Below, piece after piece: positions 1 through 37,103 of a stretch of 64,000 bases of DNA (positions within the stretch are counted from its first letter, which is position 1; each line of letters opens with the position of its first letter). Position numbers and translations under genes: made by a program. The notes under the pieces were generated by a model. The model ran no database searches. It had not been told where the DNA came from and saw only the letters and a program-made list of their open reading frames with translations. Origin of the DNA: the human T2T-CHM13v2.0 reference genome, Homo sapiens; NCBI RefSeq assembly GCF_009914755.1, contig NC_060944.1; one strand, 5' to 3'.

Positions 1-1090
<1,090 letters not shown>

Positions 1091-1279
1091 CTAAGCATGG
1101 AGATAAGCTCAGAGACAAGGTCACCATTCCCTCCACCATCTTTCCATTACTAAGACTCAAAATATTCCACAATGTTCTTTACCTTCCCATCCCCACTCTC
1201 CTCTACATCTAATCCACACCATCCCTGAACCCACCCCAAAAGAGAGCCCTATAAAAGGGTAGCTAGACATGTACACTCA

Positions 1280-2527
<1,248 letters not shown>

Positions 2528-2849
2528 TTATGTGTTGTATTTGCTTTTCAGGGCAGCAATCTTGTCCTTTACAAGCACTTGATTCGACGGTTCATCTCCA
2601 GAGCCTAGAGTAGGTCCCACACAGGGGAGTCTGTTGATTTGAGTGAACGTCAATTCCTGGGGCTCAGTACAAATGCTTTAAAACAATTTGCTCAATACTG
2701 GGCACAATAGGCTTAATGTGGCCTTGCTAAGTTCCTGGAGTGACTTCTATGGGCTTTAGCCTCCTCCTGCTGCCACCACTGCCTCCATCGCCCTCCTCGT
2801 TGTCATGACGACATCTCCTCCTCCTCATCTTTACCTTGGAAGAGTGGCT

Positions 2850-3007
2850 TGCACTTATTGAGGTGCCATGTGCCAGGCACTGTTCCAAACACACTTTACG
2901 TATTAATTAATTTAACCCCTCCAACAACCCTATGAGGCAGGTACAAGGATAACCCCCATTTTACAGGTGAGAAACCTGAGGTGCAGAGAGATCAAGTAAT
3001 TTACACA
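2850..3007 (-). mobile_element. MIR
   Basis: CAACAACCCTATGAGGCAGGTA...CCCCATTTTACAGGTGAGAAACCTGAGGTGCAGAGAGATCAAGTAATTT is the antisense MIR core. Confidence 0.85.
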
Positions 3008-3659
3008 TCTGAAAAAAGGAAAACATTCATAAGAAAAATGAAACCTCAGCCTACTTGGCCTCTAAAATTTCAAGAAGCTAAAACTATGGAGAAACCAACA
3101 CTTACAGGTGATCAGGAACCAATTTACCAACAACAGCAGCAAAAAATAGACCAAACACAAACAGAAATTCCAGAGAGGGCAATTCAATCACAATTCATCT
3201 CGTGTTCTGAGGCCCCCCAAACCTCCCTGTGTTTTCCATCCACCTGGTCCCTCAAGTCCCAGATCTGGACATCACCCTTGACCACCGCTTCCCCATCTCC
3301 CATCCCAAGCCCTGTGGCTTCACCTTCTGAGCGCCTTCCACTGCCGACTGCGGCGGCGTAGCTCCATTCTGCACAGGTGCTTGGCTCCAGAGCCACCATT
3401 ATCTGCTATCTGGGCTGGAAGGGAACAGCCTCCTCACCCCGACTCTGCTCCCATCCTCCACCCTCAGCTGCTGGAAGGATCTTTTGAAATTTCAATTTGG
3501 GCCAGATCACATCCCCATCCCCCAACCCCCACCTCTAAAACCCTTCACAGGTTTCCCATTGTTCTCAGGCCACAGTCTGAAATTCTTCAACGAGCCCTAG
3601 GGGGCCTGTAGGATTCCCTTCTCCAGCTTTTGCTCAGGGTCTGAGCTCCAGCCAGCTTC

Positions 3660-3870
3660 AAAGACTGAGTGAGTTTGCCTGGATTCAAATCTTGGCTCTG
3701 CCTTTCACTCACTGTGCCACCGCATGTAAGTAACTTAACCTCTCTGGGCCTCTAAAGTGGGGATAATAGCACCTCCTAGAGTGTTGTCAGGATTAAATTA
3801 ATTCATGTAGTAAAAAGTGCTCACTTAGCACAGCATCTGGCACCCAGTTAGCTATTGCTATTGTTATTGC
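3660..3870 (+). mobile_element. MIR within L2-like sequence
   Basis: CCTGGATTCAAATCTTGGCTCTGCC...TAAGTAACTTAACCTCTCTGGGCCTC...GGGGATAATAGCACC. Confidence 0.85.
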
Positions 3871-3968
3871 TGTCAGGTAACTCCTACTCATCCTTCAAAA
3901 CCCAACACAAAATTCATTTCTTCAGGACAGCCTTCCCAGACTCATTTCCCAAAAAAAATCAGATCCTA

Positions 3969-5275
<1,307 letters not shown>

Positions 5276-5598
5276 CTAAGAGCTGACTACTTGGTATTCA
5301 CAGCAAGCAGCTCAAACAAAGAGAGAGGAGAGGGACGAATTCCATGGGGAGCTGAAGGCCAAAGGCCCGAAGCTGAAGGCAGAAGTGGTGGATTACCCTG
5401 GGGGCGGGAGGCTTCCAGCTGCAGAAATCGCCCAGATTCTAGGAATCCATCCCACCCGTGCCCCTGCTCACTGCTGTCTTACCTGAATTGCCTGCCCGCA
5501 ACCCTTCGGCTCACCAGCCTCGGGAACAGTGACTCACTCCAATGCCTCTGGTCCCAGCTACAGCCCAGGCCTCCACCAGCCTGATGTCAGAACCTCTG

Positions 5599-5715
5599 TA
5601 GGGTGGCCAGGTCTAGCAAATACAAATACAGGATGCCCAGTTCAGTTTGAATTTCAGATAAACAAGGAATCTTTTTTTTAGTATAAGTACATCCTGTATC
5701 AGTCTGGCACCTCTA
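5599..5715. mobile_element. MER53 (hAT MITE), internally deleted
   Basis: TAGGGTGGCCAGGTCTAGCAAATACAAATACAGGATGCCCAGTTCAGTTTGAATTTCAGATAAAC matches the MER53 arm; it joins directly to terminal ATCCTGTATCAGTCTGGCACCTCTA. Confidence 0.8.
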
Positions 5716-5903
5716 CCTCTCTGGTCCCATCAAACTCTCCCCAGCAATGTCCTTTCACAGTTACCTTTCTGCTGCTCAGAGTCTTGAGCCTCCTTGGAAG
5801 ATAAACTGGCCCCCTGTGACCTCTGGGTAAGGGAGAAACCAACGCCAGCCGAATAGGGTGGGGTAAGGACCTCCCCGCCACCACCAAAAAAAAAAAAAAA
5901 AAT

Positions 5904-6945
<1,042 letters not shown>

Positions 6946-6946
6946 T

Positions 6947-6950
<4 letters not shown>

Positions 6951-6992
<42 letters not shown>
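6951..6992 (+). repeat. (CT)21 microsatellite
   Basis: Read directly. Confidence 0.97.
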
Positions 6993-6999
<7 letters not shown>

Positions 7000-7917
7000 C
7001 CCTGCACCCCTCTGCCCTGCCCCATGTTCTGGGTCTTGAGCCCAGGTCTGTCTTTCTGTGCTGTCTCCGTAGCCCCAACTACATGGCTACGTGGTGGGGA
7101 GAAGGAGAGGATGAAGCTTAAGGCAGATTTCTGGCTTTTCTCCCCAAATGAAGCAAAATAACAAATGTAGCTTCAAAAGGAAAGCAGCATGATCATGGAA
7201 ATGTCAAAACAGCCACGTTCTTTTCTAGCCAGGCAGAAGAGACTTTATAGAACCTGACTCAACACAGTTGCATTCAGCATTCCTTAAACACCTAACATAA
7301 GCTCCCCTTTACTGGCAAATTGCCCTGAAACAATTAGGAGGTAAAGGAATTCCCAGAAGAAAAGGATTTTCTAGGGCCTTTGAAGAGATGTGTTGACTCT
7401 AACCCAAACAACCCTCTGAGAACATGGAGCCACTTGGTTAGCTCTCTTTGAGAGTTGTCCAACAGGTAAAGCAGGGGCATCCACCAGTATCTGTTTTTAA
7501 TTGCTTCTGTCTTTACCCAAGGTCAGAAATGAACATTGGGATTTGACTGAGGAGTTACTTTCCATTTCTTACTTATGTTTTCTTTATTCAGTTATAGGGA
7601 CAGGGTGGCCATGGGGATGGTGAGGGAAGTTTGGACTTTGAGACCATTTTGATCAGGGCCTTTACTCTTTATAAATGGGAAGTGACTTGCAGGCATTAAT
7701 AGGCTCATCAGGTTCTCACCTTTGGTGCATCTCCCCCATGGTCAGTGCCAGCCTAGTCATGGATCTCGACCTGATCAGTGGACTTTTCTCCATAAACTTT
7801 CCCTAACACCTGGAGAGATACTTCAGCTGCAATGTCACCTCCTCAGAGAGGCCTTCCTTGATTGCATTATCTAGAGGAGATTCCCACCCAGCCCTGCCCA
7901 GCAGTCACCCTCTATGA

Positions 7918-8916
<999 letters not shown>

Positions 8917-9113
8917 CTGTTGCTTTATTTTTGACTTGTTGGTCTCTTGGTCTCTGCAACCAAGATGACAGATGTCATCCGACTGTCAGCAGCATGACGA
9001 CAGGGCCTTGTCTGGCTTCTTCACTGTGGATTCCCAGCCTCAAGAAGGCAACCAGGCCCATGTGTAGCCACTGAGTCAGAGCCTTTAACAAAAAGGATAA
9101 AGAAGAAGAAGAA

Positions 9114-11777
<2,664 letters not shown>

Positions 11778-11934
11778 CTTGCTTTATTTTTCTTTATTTA
11801 AAGCTCTGATAGCCACCTGCCACTGCACACATTTATTTGCCTGCTGACTCCCTGCACCCAGGATGGACTGCAGGTCTCTTGAGGCTGAGGTCTCATGTTC
11901 ATATGTTCATGCATCTGTTACAAGGGCTGGCATT

Positions 11935-16822
<4,888 letters not shown>

Positions 16823-16970
16823 CAGGGGGAGGGGAGGCATTTTGGCATGTCCATCACTAATGGGATATACACGCACACCATATCCTGGGTTGTAGCTTTG
16901 CAGGCAGTAAATCTAATTTTTTAATTTTTTTCAATTTCAGCTCCACTCCTAACTAACTATGATTTAGGGC

Positions 16971-17462
16971 TGTAGGGAAGAAAAAGTACCTTTTCCTCAC
17001 CCATCACAAGGTTCATGGCTAACACCCCTAAAGACAGATTAACAAGAGATAAGCATGACAAATTTATTTAACCCAAGTTTTGAGTGACTCAGGAGTCTTC
17101 CAAAGTGAAGAACCGTGACCCAGGGCACCTGTGTTTTTATGGACAGTCAAGCAGCAGTGTCACAGGAGGACAAAAGGGTTTGATCCAATGATGTACACAG
17201 TGGGAACTTAGCAAGGCCTGTGAGTTTAGTCTTCATGGTCTCCACGGACAGGACCGGACCCCCTCTGGAATGAGGGGCTTGGGGCCTACTTTCAGGAGAG
17301 GCAGGTCAGAGAAACCTTGAGTGGCCCACTGCAGAAGAGGAAGGCAGGAGAAGGTCAGAGAGTGACCTTCCTGCTTCTATGGTTTCCTCAAATTCCTTCA
17401 GCTTCAAATGCTCAGTTTGCCAAAGTGCTGTAATTTGGGGTATTGTGTTCCAAACCCCTACA
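16971..17462 (-). mobile_element. ERV1 solo LTR, MER34/MER39-like
   Basis: Inverted termini TGTAGGG...CCCTACA; minus strand begins TGTAGGGGTTTGGAACACAATACCCCAAATTACAGCACTTTGGC...GCTGAAGG, as in MER34-group LTRs; AATAAA on the minus strand at ~17064-17069. Confidence 0.82.
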
Positions 17463-17473
17463 GGAGAAGTCCC

Positions 17474-18090
<617 letters not shown>

Positions 18091-18493
18091 AGTTGATTAC
18101 TAGTATAATTAACAACCTCTGATCCCATCACTGGCTCCCATTTCAGAGCAATGGTTGGTGCCTGCAAGCTTTCATCTCACTGTGTCCACACACAATCCCA
18201 TGGGGTCCCAGTGTTCTTATGGATGAGGTTACCACGGCTGCAACATTCACAGTGAATTGTCCAGGGTCACGCAGCTGCAGCCAAAGTCTGGGGTGGAACA
18301 CAGGTCTAATTACAAGCAGGAGAGAACCTGGGCAACACTTTCTTTGGGAGCATCAAAGCAAGCTCTCCCACCACCTGCTTGAGCACTTCCAAATCCTGCC
18401 GACATACCCAACCCTGCAACAGGCAAAGAGCCTCGCCTCCTGCTGGGAGAGCAGCTTCTTGCGGCGCGGCCTTCGCGAAACTCCGTGGAGAAA

Positions 18494-18512
18494 TGGCGCC
18501 CCCTGGTGGCTC
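18494..18512 (-). promoter_or_regulatory. CTCF binding motif
   Basis: Minus strand GAGCCACCAGGGGGCGCCA contains the CTCF core CCACCAGGGGGCGC exactly; lies in a non-repeat CpG-retaining patch. Confidence 0.85.
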
Positions 18513-18742
18513 CAGAGAGAGCAGCGTTCCATTCTCCGGGCTGGGAGCTCTGGTCTCATGCGTCATGGACATTCTTGGACCCCATCACTAACATGGAAAA
18601 TATTATTCAGTCCATTCCATCCTAGGAAAGAACTCAGGGTGCTGAAAGGAGGTGGGGACTTCAGAGCTCAGGAATGTAAAGGAAGGGCGGCGGACCGAGC
18701 CCTGGGGCTCTCAGGGGGCTGGAATGGTTAAAGCACAGCTGA

Positions 18743-24134
<5,392 letters not shown>

Positions 24135-24608
24135 CCAGACTCTCTTCAGTGGCCTCCAAGTTCCTCCATGATCTTTTCCTGGCCTCTGATTTCATCTCAT
24201 ACATTCTCTGCCTTCTTCATCATTTTGTTCTCCAAGAGTCTATCCCCTGCCACGCCCACACCACCCCCACCACTGGCACCTCTTGAATTTCTCAAACTAA
24301 GATTCCTTTCCAATGGCATATTGCGTGGGATTCTCTCTTCCAGTATCTGCACATGGCCAGTTTCTTTTCATCCATCTCAACTTAAACATCACAGGTAGAT
24401 GCTTTTGTGCAAACACAACCTCCCTGTCCACTCTGCCCCACATCCACATGTGGCCTTGTCATGTGGCCACGCCTAGCTGCAAAGAAAGCTGGGAAATGTA
24501 ATACTTAATTGGGCAGCTCTGTGCTTCCTTTTAGTCACATCCCCCAAGGGCAGCACTATCTTGATTACTCACCGTGACATGCGATTTACATTTACACAAA
24601 TAGCCTCC

Positions 24609-25230
<622 letters not shown>

Positions 25231-25338
25231 AGCCTCCTGTTATTTATACTTACTCTTCACTCTGTTTTGAATATCTCTTTTACTCCAATGCTGATGAGTT
25301 CCTGTCACCTGGATTCCAGGACTTGCCTCAGATCCTAG

Positions 25339-25678
<340 letters not shown>

Positions 25679-25939
25679 TAAGCTACACCATATTCTACCA
25701 ATATTTTTACTTGAGTCAGCAGTGGTTTCCTACACCTGCAACTCAAGAACTCTAAGGGTTACTGCCTCCATTGTTTGTTAAGGCACCACAAGACTTTGCT
25801 GAACTGTACATAATGCTTTAGGTCAATAAAATAATCATCATCATAATGACAACTGAGGAGAAAGTCATGATAATATCAACCTATTGAGCACTATGGTTTT
25901 TTTGTTTTATTTTGTTGAGACAGGGTCTCTGTCACCTAG

Positions 25940-26170
<231 letters not shown>

Positions 26171-26179
26171 TGAGCACTA

Positions 26180-26556
26180 TATTAGTTAGCACATAGATTC
26201 TGTACAAAGATCAAGAGAGAACAGTCTACTTTATTTCCCATTTAGTAGTCCATCTATAAGGGGTTGAGAGCTATTTGGGTGGCTTCCTGTTCTCTGGCTG
26301 GGCCCCAGGCTCCTCCTATCTTGTTGCTCAGTGTCCTCAACACATGGCTTCCACCTTAGGGACCAAGAGAGTCACTCCAGCTCCTGCAGGAAAGAAAGGG
26401 AGAGGGAGGGCACTCTCTTTTCCATTTATGGTCTTGGTCCAGGAAGTTGCCTGCATTACTTCTGTTCCCATCCCATTGGCCAGAACCTTGTCATGTGGCC
26501 ACGCCTAGTTGCAAAGAAAGCTGGGAAATGTATTATTTAATTGGGCAGCTCTGTGC
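26180..26556 (-). mobile_element. Ancient MaLR LTR (MLT1J/I-like)
   Basis: CACATGGCTTCCACC...CATCCCATTGGCCAGAACCTTGTCATGTGGCCACGCCTAGTTGCAAAGAAAGCTGGGAAATGTA. Confidence 0.75.
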
Positions 26557-26974
26557 TTCCTTTTAGTCACATCCCCCAAGGGCAACGCTATCTTGATTAC
26601 TCACCATGACATGCGTTTTACATTTACACAAATAGCCTCCTGTTACAGAGTTCTTTGGTTTTTGTTTTCACTCTGTTTTGAAGATCTCAACACGGGTCTC
26701 TGTAAATATCTAGTCCATTTCTTCGGCTTCCCCATCTTCTGTGCATTCACCACATTTTACCAAAGTACTCTCCTAGCAATGGCCCCCATATGGCCGCCTC
26801 CACACACATCACTGCCTCTTCTCCCCAGGAAGGAGATGCCGGGGCATAGGCTATGTGGGTGCAAAACACTGCCAGGTTGCTCTCCCACATAGCAGCTGCC
26901 AGCCCACACTCCTGCCAGGTGCATGTGGGGGTTCTATAGTCCCATAAAAGGTATTTTATTCATTTTTGTCATGT

Positions 26975-27848
<874 letters not shown>

Positions 27849-27899
27849 CCACCCATCCTGGTGCTAGGCATACAGTAGGTCATAGGACAAATGTTTGTT

Positions 27900-27997
27900 T
27901 TTTCTTTTTTTGGTAAAGAAAGGCAGACTTATTAGAGAAAGTATGAAGATACACTGCATGAAAGCAAAGGGCAGCACAGCAGAGAAGGGGCTGTCTG
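27900..27997 (-). pseudogene. Short polyadenylated retrocopy of an ERV-LTR R-region-like RNA
   Basis: Perfect 12-bp TSD CAAATGTTTGTT (27888-27899, 27998-28009); A tail; AATAAG 16 nt before the tail; interrupts an L2 3' terminus. Confidence 0.75.
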
Positions 27998-28418
27998 CAA
28001 ATGTTTGTTGAATGAATGAATGAGCCCATGTGTGGGAATAAATGAGACATGACAGACAGCTACCCAGTGATGTGTAAATATCCACAGTGAGTTATCCAGG
28101 AGTTCAGGTGAGGAGCACAGGCTTACTTATTTTGCTAAATATGAATTCTAAGGCTAAACAAGACACATGTGAGCTCATTCACTCATTGCACTCCAGTTTT
28201 GTTCCTTTTGCTTTCAGATAATCAGATCACGACAGGCGCCGGCCATCACACCTGGCTTATTCTTGTATTTTTAGTAGAGATAAGGTTTCATCATGTTGGC
28301 CAGGCTGGTCTCGAACTCCTGACCTTAGGTGATCTGCCTGCCTCGGCCTCCCTAAAGTGTTAGGATTACAGGTGTGAGCCACCACGCCTGGCTCTAAAAG
28401 GGTATCTTTTTTTTTTGA

Positions 28419-28733
<315 letters not shown>

Positions 28734-29034
28734 TAGAGGAATAGAGACTAGATAGGCACCACAGGACCCTCTATTCTGCAATTTTCTAGGTATGTTTTAT
28801 TTTGAGCTGATTTTTATGAAAAGTGAGTACTGAGAAATCCTGAGTGTGGATATTAATCCCATACATCTTACAATGATTTAAATTAAAATTAAATTTGAAT
28901 TTTTTTGGTCTTTTACTTGAGTATTTGTAAAAAGTAATAAATGTATTTCATTTTAAAATTACCAGTGTTCAGTCCAGGTGCAGTGGCTCACACCTGTAAT
29001 CCCAGCACTTTGGGTGGCCGAGGCAGGAGGATCA

Positions 29035-29244
<210 letters not shown>

Positions 29245-29371
29245 CTATCTCAAAATAAATAAATAAATAAATAAATGTAAATAAAATTACCAGAGTTCAA
29301 GCACAACACAGGACATGTGTGACAGGCCTGTGTCCTTTGCATCTCTTACCTGTGATTTGCTTTTTTTTTGA

Positions 29372-29476
<105 letters not shown>

Positions 29477-29479
29477 TGA

Positions 29480-29656
<177 letters not shown>

Positions 29657-29675
29657 TGATTTGCTTTTGTATTGA

Positions 29676-30001
<326 letters not shown>

Positions 30002-30348
30002 TAGCTGGGATTACAGGCATGTGCCACCACACCTGGCTAATTTTGTATTTTTAGTAGAGACGGGGTTTCTCCATGTTGGTCAGGCTGGTCTCAAACTCCC
30101 GACCTCAGGTGATCCGCCCGCCTCAGCCTCCCAAAGTGCTGGGATTACAGGTGTGAGCCACCACACCCGGACTGATTTGTTTGGTTGGTTGGTTTTTTTG
30201 GAGATGGAGTCTCACTCTGTCGCCCAGGCTGGGGTGAAATGGCGCAATCTCGGCTCACTGCAACCTCCACCTGCCGGGTTCAAGCAATTCTCCTGTCTCA
30301 GCCTCCCTGTAGCTGGGATTACAGGCGTGCACCACCACACCCGGCTAA

Positions 30349-30525
<177 letters not shown>

Positions 30526-30699
30526 TAAAAAAGAAATCCTGGGGGTGCCAACTCTCTAGGAGCTTAATAATATTTCACTTCGGGCCTGGCGAGGTGGCTC
30601 ACACATGGAATCGCAGCACTTGGGAGGCTGAGGCAAGAGGATCCCTTGAGCCCAGGAGCTCGAGACTAGCCTGGGCAACATAGCAAAACGCTGTCTCTA

Positions 30700-30879
<180 letters not shown>

Positions 30880-30979
30880 TCACTTGAGGAACGGACTTTT
30901 GAATTCCCAAGCTAAAAGAAATCATAAGTATAATTATAATTATGGCATATTAGTGTTGCACCTAAGTAGCATAAGAAAT

Positions 30980-32123
<1,144 letters not shown>

Positions 32124-32399
32124 AGAAAGATCACAGAAGCCACAGTGTTCTAGAATATTGAAATCTCTTGTCCTCCTTTCAGTTCTTGTCCCTGAATGAC
32201 AGACACCGCCAGAACTCACTTCAGGTCTATATGCATCCAGGGGCGACTTAATAGTAATTCACTATGTGAGTTATTAACGGTTATTAAAATGCAGCATTTG
32301 TGAACTAAAATTAGCCAATTTATCCATGCCTGTATTCTGCCAAGTCCTTCTGGCTGCCACTCAATGCTTAATGACCTTGCCTTTGCACAAACAGCTGAA

Positions 32400-32535
32400 G
32401 TGGGTATGGGGTTTCCTTTTGAGGTGATAGAAATGTTTTAGAACTAGATAGAGGCGGTGGTTACACAGCATTGTGAATGTGGTAAATACCACTTTGGTTA
32501 ATTTTCCCTTATGTGAACTTCACCTTAATTTAAAT
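32400..32535 (+). mobile_element. L1M (L1MB-like) 3' end
   Basis: GGGTATGGGGTTTCCTTTTGAGGTGATAGAAATGTTTTAGAACTAGATAGAGGCGGTGGTTACACAGCATTGTGAATG. Confidence 0.85.
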
Positions 32536-32623
32536 GAAGGAGAAGGGAAAGGAAGAGGGAGAGGGGGAGGAGACACAGAAGGCAGAGGAAGGGAAGGAGA
32601 GAAAGAAAAACAAAGAACCTTAA

Positions 32624-33212
<589 letters not shown>

Positions 33213-33289
33213 TGATCCACCCGCCTCGGCCTCCCAAAGTGCTGGGGTTACAGGCGTGAGCCACCGCGCCCGGCAACCCTAATACATTA

Positions 33290-33690
33290 TTGTTACAGCC
33301 TTTGGGCAAGGCCTTTTAACATTTCCATGGGATAAGTTCCACTCTTGGGAACTAATATGTAAGAATATATGTGCAAGAAGATGTGTGCAATATTGTTCAT
33401 CTTGGCAAAAATGGCAAACAAAGTAAATATCCATCCTTACAGAGTTTCTGAATAGATCACGGTATAGCCACACCACAGAATATTGTACAGCCACTAAAAT
33501 GCTCTTTGCCAGGTGGCCTGGAGGGATGTCAATGTGATGTGTTAAATGAGAAAAGGAGGATACAGAAAAATGAGTATAACATGATGCTATTTATATAAAC
33601 TCCTGTGTATTCAATGTGTATGTAGTATGTTTGCATGTCTATACTTACATATACATGTACGTGTATCCAAATATGTATGTATATGTGTAT
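33290..33690 (+). mobile_element. L1ME-like 3' region
   Basis: AAATATCCATC...GGTATAGCCACACCACAGAATATTGTACAGCCACTAAAA...GTTAAATGAGAAAAG. Confidence 0.7.
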
Positions 33691-34147
33691 TTGTTTTTTT
33701 TGTTGTTGTTCGTTTGTTTTTCCAGATATAGTCTTGCTTTGTTGCCCAGGCTGGAGTGCAGTGGCGCAATCTCAGCTCACTGCAACTTCACCTCCTGGTT
33801 CAAGCAATTCTCATGCCTCAGCCTCCTGAGTAGCTGGGATTACAGGAGCCCACCACACCTGGCTAATTTTTGTATTTTTAGTAGAGACGGGGTTTCACCA
33901 TGTTGGCCAGACTGTTCTCAAACTCCTGACCTCAAGTGATCCGCCTGCCTCGGCTTCCCAAAGTGCTGGGGTTAAAGGTATGAGCCCCCGAGCCTGGCTG
34001 TATATGTGTATTTGTATAAAATTACCTAGGCATGGAGAAAAAGATGGGAGCATACAAACCCGAGGTGAGAACGGGAGAGAAAAAGGAGAAATAGGGAAGG
34101 AGAAGCCAAGAGAAAAAAGAAAGAGAAAAACCAAAAAGATTTCTCTA

Positions 34148-34444
<297 letters not shown>

Positions 34445-34869
34445 TCACAAAACAAAAAACAAAAAACAAAAACTTTCTTTCCCCCAACATATATGATATG
34501 ATCACATTTATGATTTTTTGTAAAATTATATGCGTGTGCATGTACATGTATAAAACCGTTAAATCATAGATTTAATGCATTATAATCAAACAGAATTTAA
34601 CACAGAATTAGACTTACTGTTATTATGGCACCAACATTATTAATTATGCCTGCAATGCCTCCTTTATGCAGAGAGTAACAATGCATATTTGCATGAACAG
34701 TATTTCTGGTGTATAATTTTCCAATTATCTGGTATTAGAATATGCACGTATTATGAATCAAATATGAATTATTTAGACTCTTCCCCCGAAATATATCCAG
34801 AGTCCTGGAAGTTAATTTATGTGGTTGAATAATTAATATAAGTGATTATAGCACCCCGCCCCCTTAAAG

Positions 34870-35605
<736 letters not shown>

Positions 35606-36287
35606 TAACAAGGATGGTCTCCATCTCCTGACCTCGTGATCCGCCCGCCTTGGCTTCCCAAAGTGCTGGGATTACAGGGCGTGAGCCACTGCACCCGGCC
35701 TTTTTTTTTTTTTTGAGACAGTCTCTCTCGCCCAGGCTGGAGTGCAATGGTGCGATCTTGGCTCACTGAAACCTCCACCACCTGGGTTCAAGAGATTCTC
35801 CTGCCTCAGCCTCCCGAGTAGCTGAGATTAAAGGTGCGCACCACCATGTCCGGCTAATTTTAGTATTTTTTGTAGAGAAGAGTTTTCGCCATTTTGCCCA
35901 GGCTGGTCTTGAACTACTGGGGTCAAGTGGTCTTCCTGCCTCTGCCTCCCAAAGCGCTAGGACTGCAGGCATGAGCCAACACGACTGGCTGTGTTCATGA
36001 GCTAATATTGTCTCTTCTGGTTTCTGTTTGATTTCCAGATTAATGGTATATCCATCAAGAGTAGTATTCTTGGCCGGGGGCTGTGGCTCACACCTGTAAT
36101 CCCAACATTTTGGGAGGCCTAATTGGGAGAATCACTTGAGCCCAGGAGTTTGAGACCATCCTGGGCAACGTAGAGAGACCGCATCTCCACCAAAAAAAAA
36201 AAAAAAAAAAAAAATGCTGGGCGTGGTGGCTCACGCCTGTAATCCCAGCACTTTGGGAGGCTGAGGTGGGAGGATCACTTGAGGTCA

Positions 36288-36882
<595 letters not shown>

Positions 36883-37103
36883 TGATTTTTTGTATTTTTA
36901 GTAGAGACGGGGTTTCACTGTGTTAGCCAGGATGGTCTCGATCCCCTGACCTCGCGATCCACCCGCCTCGGCCTCCCAAAGTGCTGGGATTACAGGTGTG
37001 AGCCACTGCGCCTGGCCTTGTTCTTTCATTAAATTTTTCCTCAACACTATGTGCCAAGCCTTTCTGAGGCTCTGAGGGTACAAGGATGAATCAAACTGAG
37101 TAT

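Noticed and set aside
1250-1256. TATAAAA box
   Set aside because: No supporting promoter context; followed by a MIR and Alus.
2981-3361. 126-aa ORF with a Q-rich stretch
   Set aside because: Starts at GTG inside a MIR and runs through A-rich, possibly L1/HAL1-derived, and L2-like sequence; a patchwork rather than an exon.
16911-16940. Splice-acceptor-like CTAAT..(Y)n..CAG, and GTAAGT donors near 31456 and 42302
   Set aside because: Isolated signals cannot define exons without transcript data; a lncRNA cannot be excluded.
18219-18731. 170-aa ATG-initiated ORF in unique DNA
   Set aside because: No recognisable homology and a weak Kozak context; open frames are expected in GC-rich DNA; the CTCF site explains the island.
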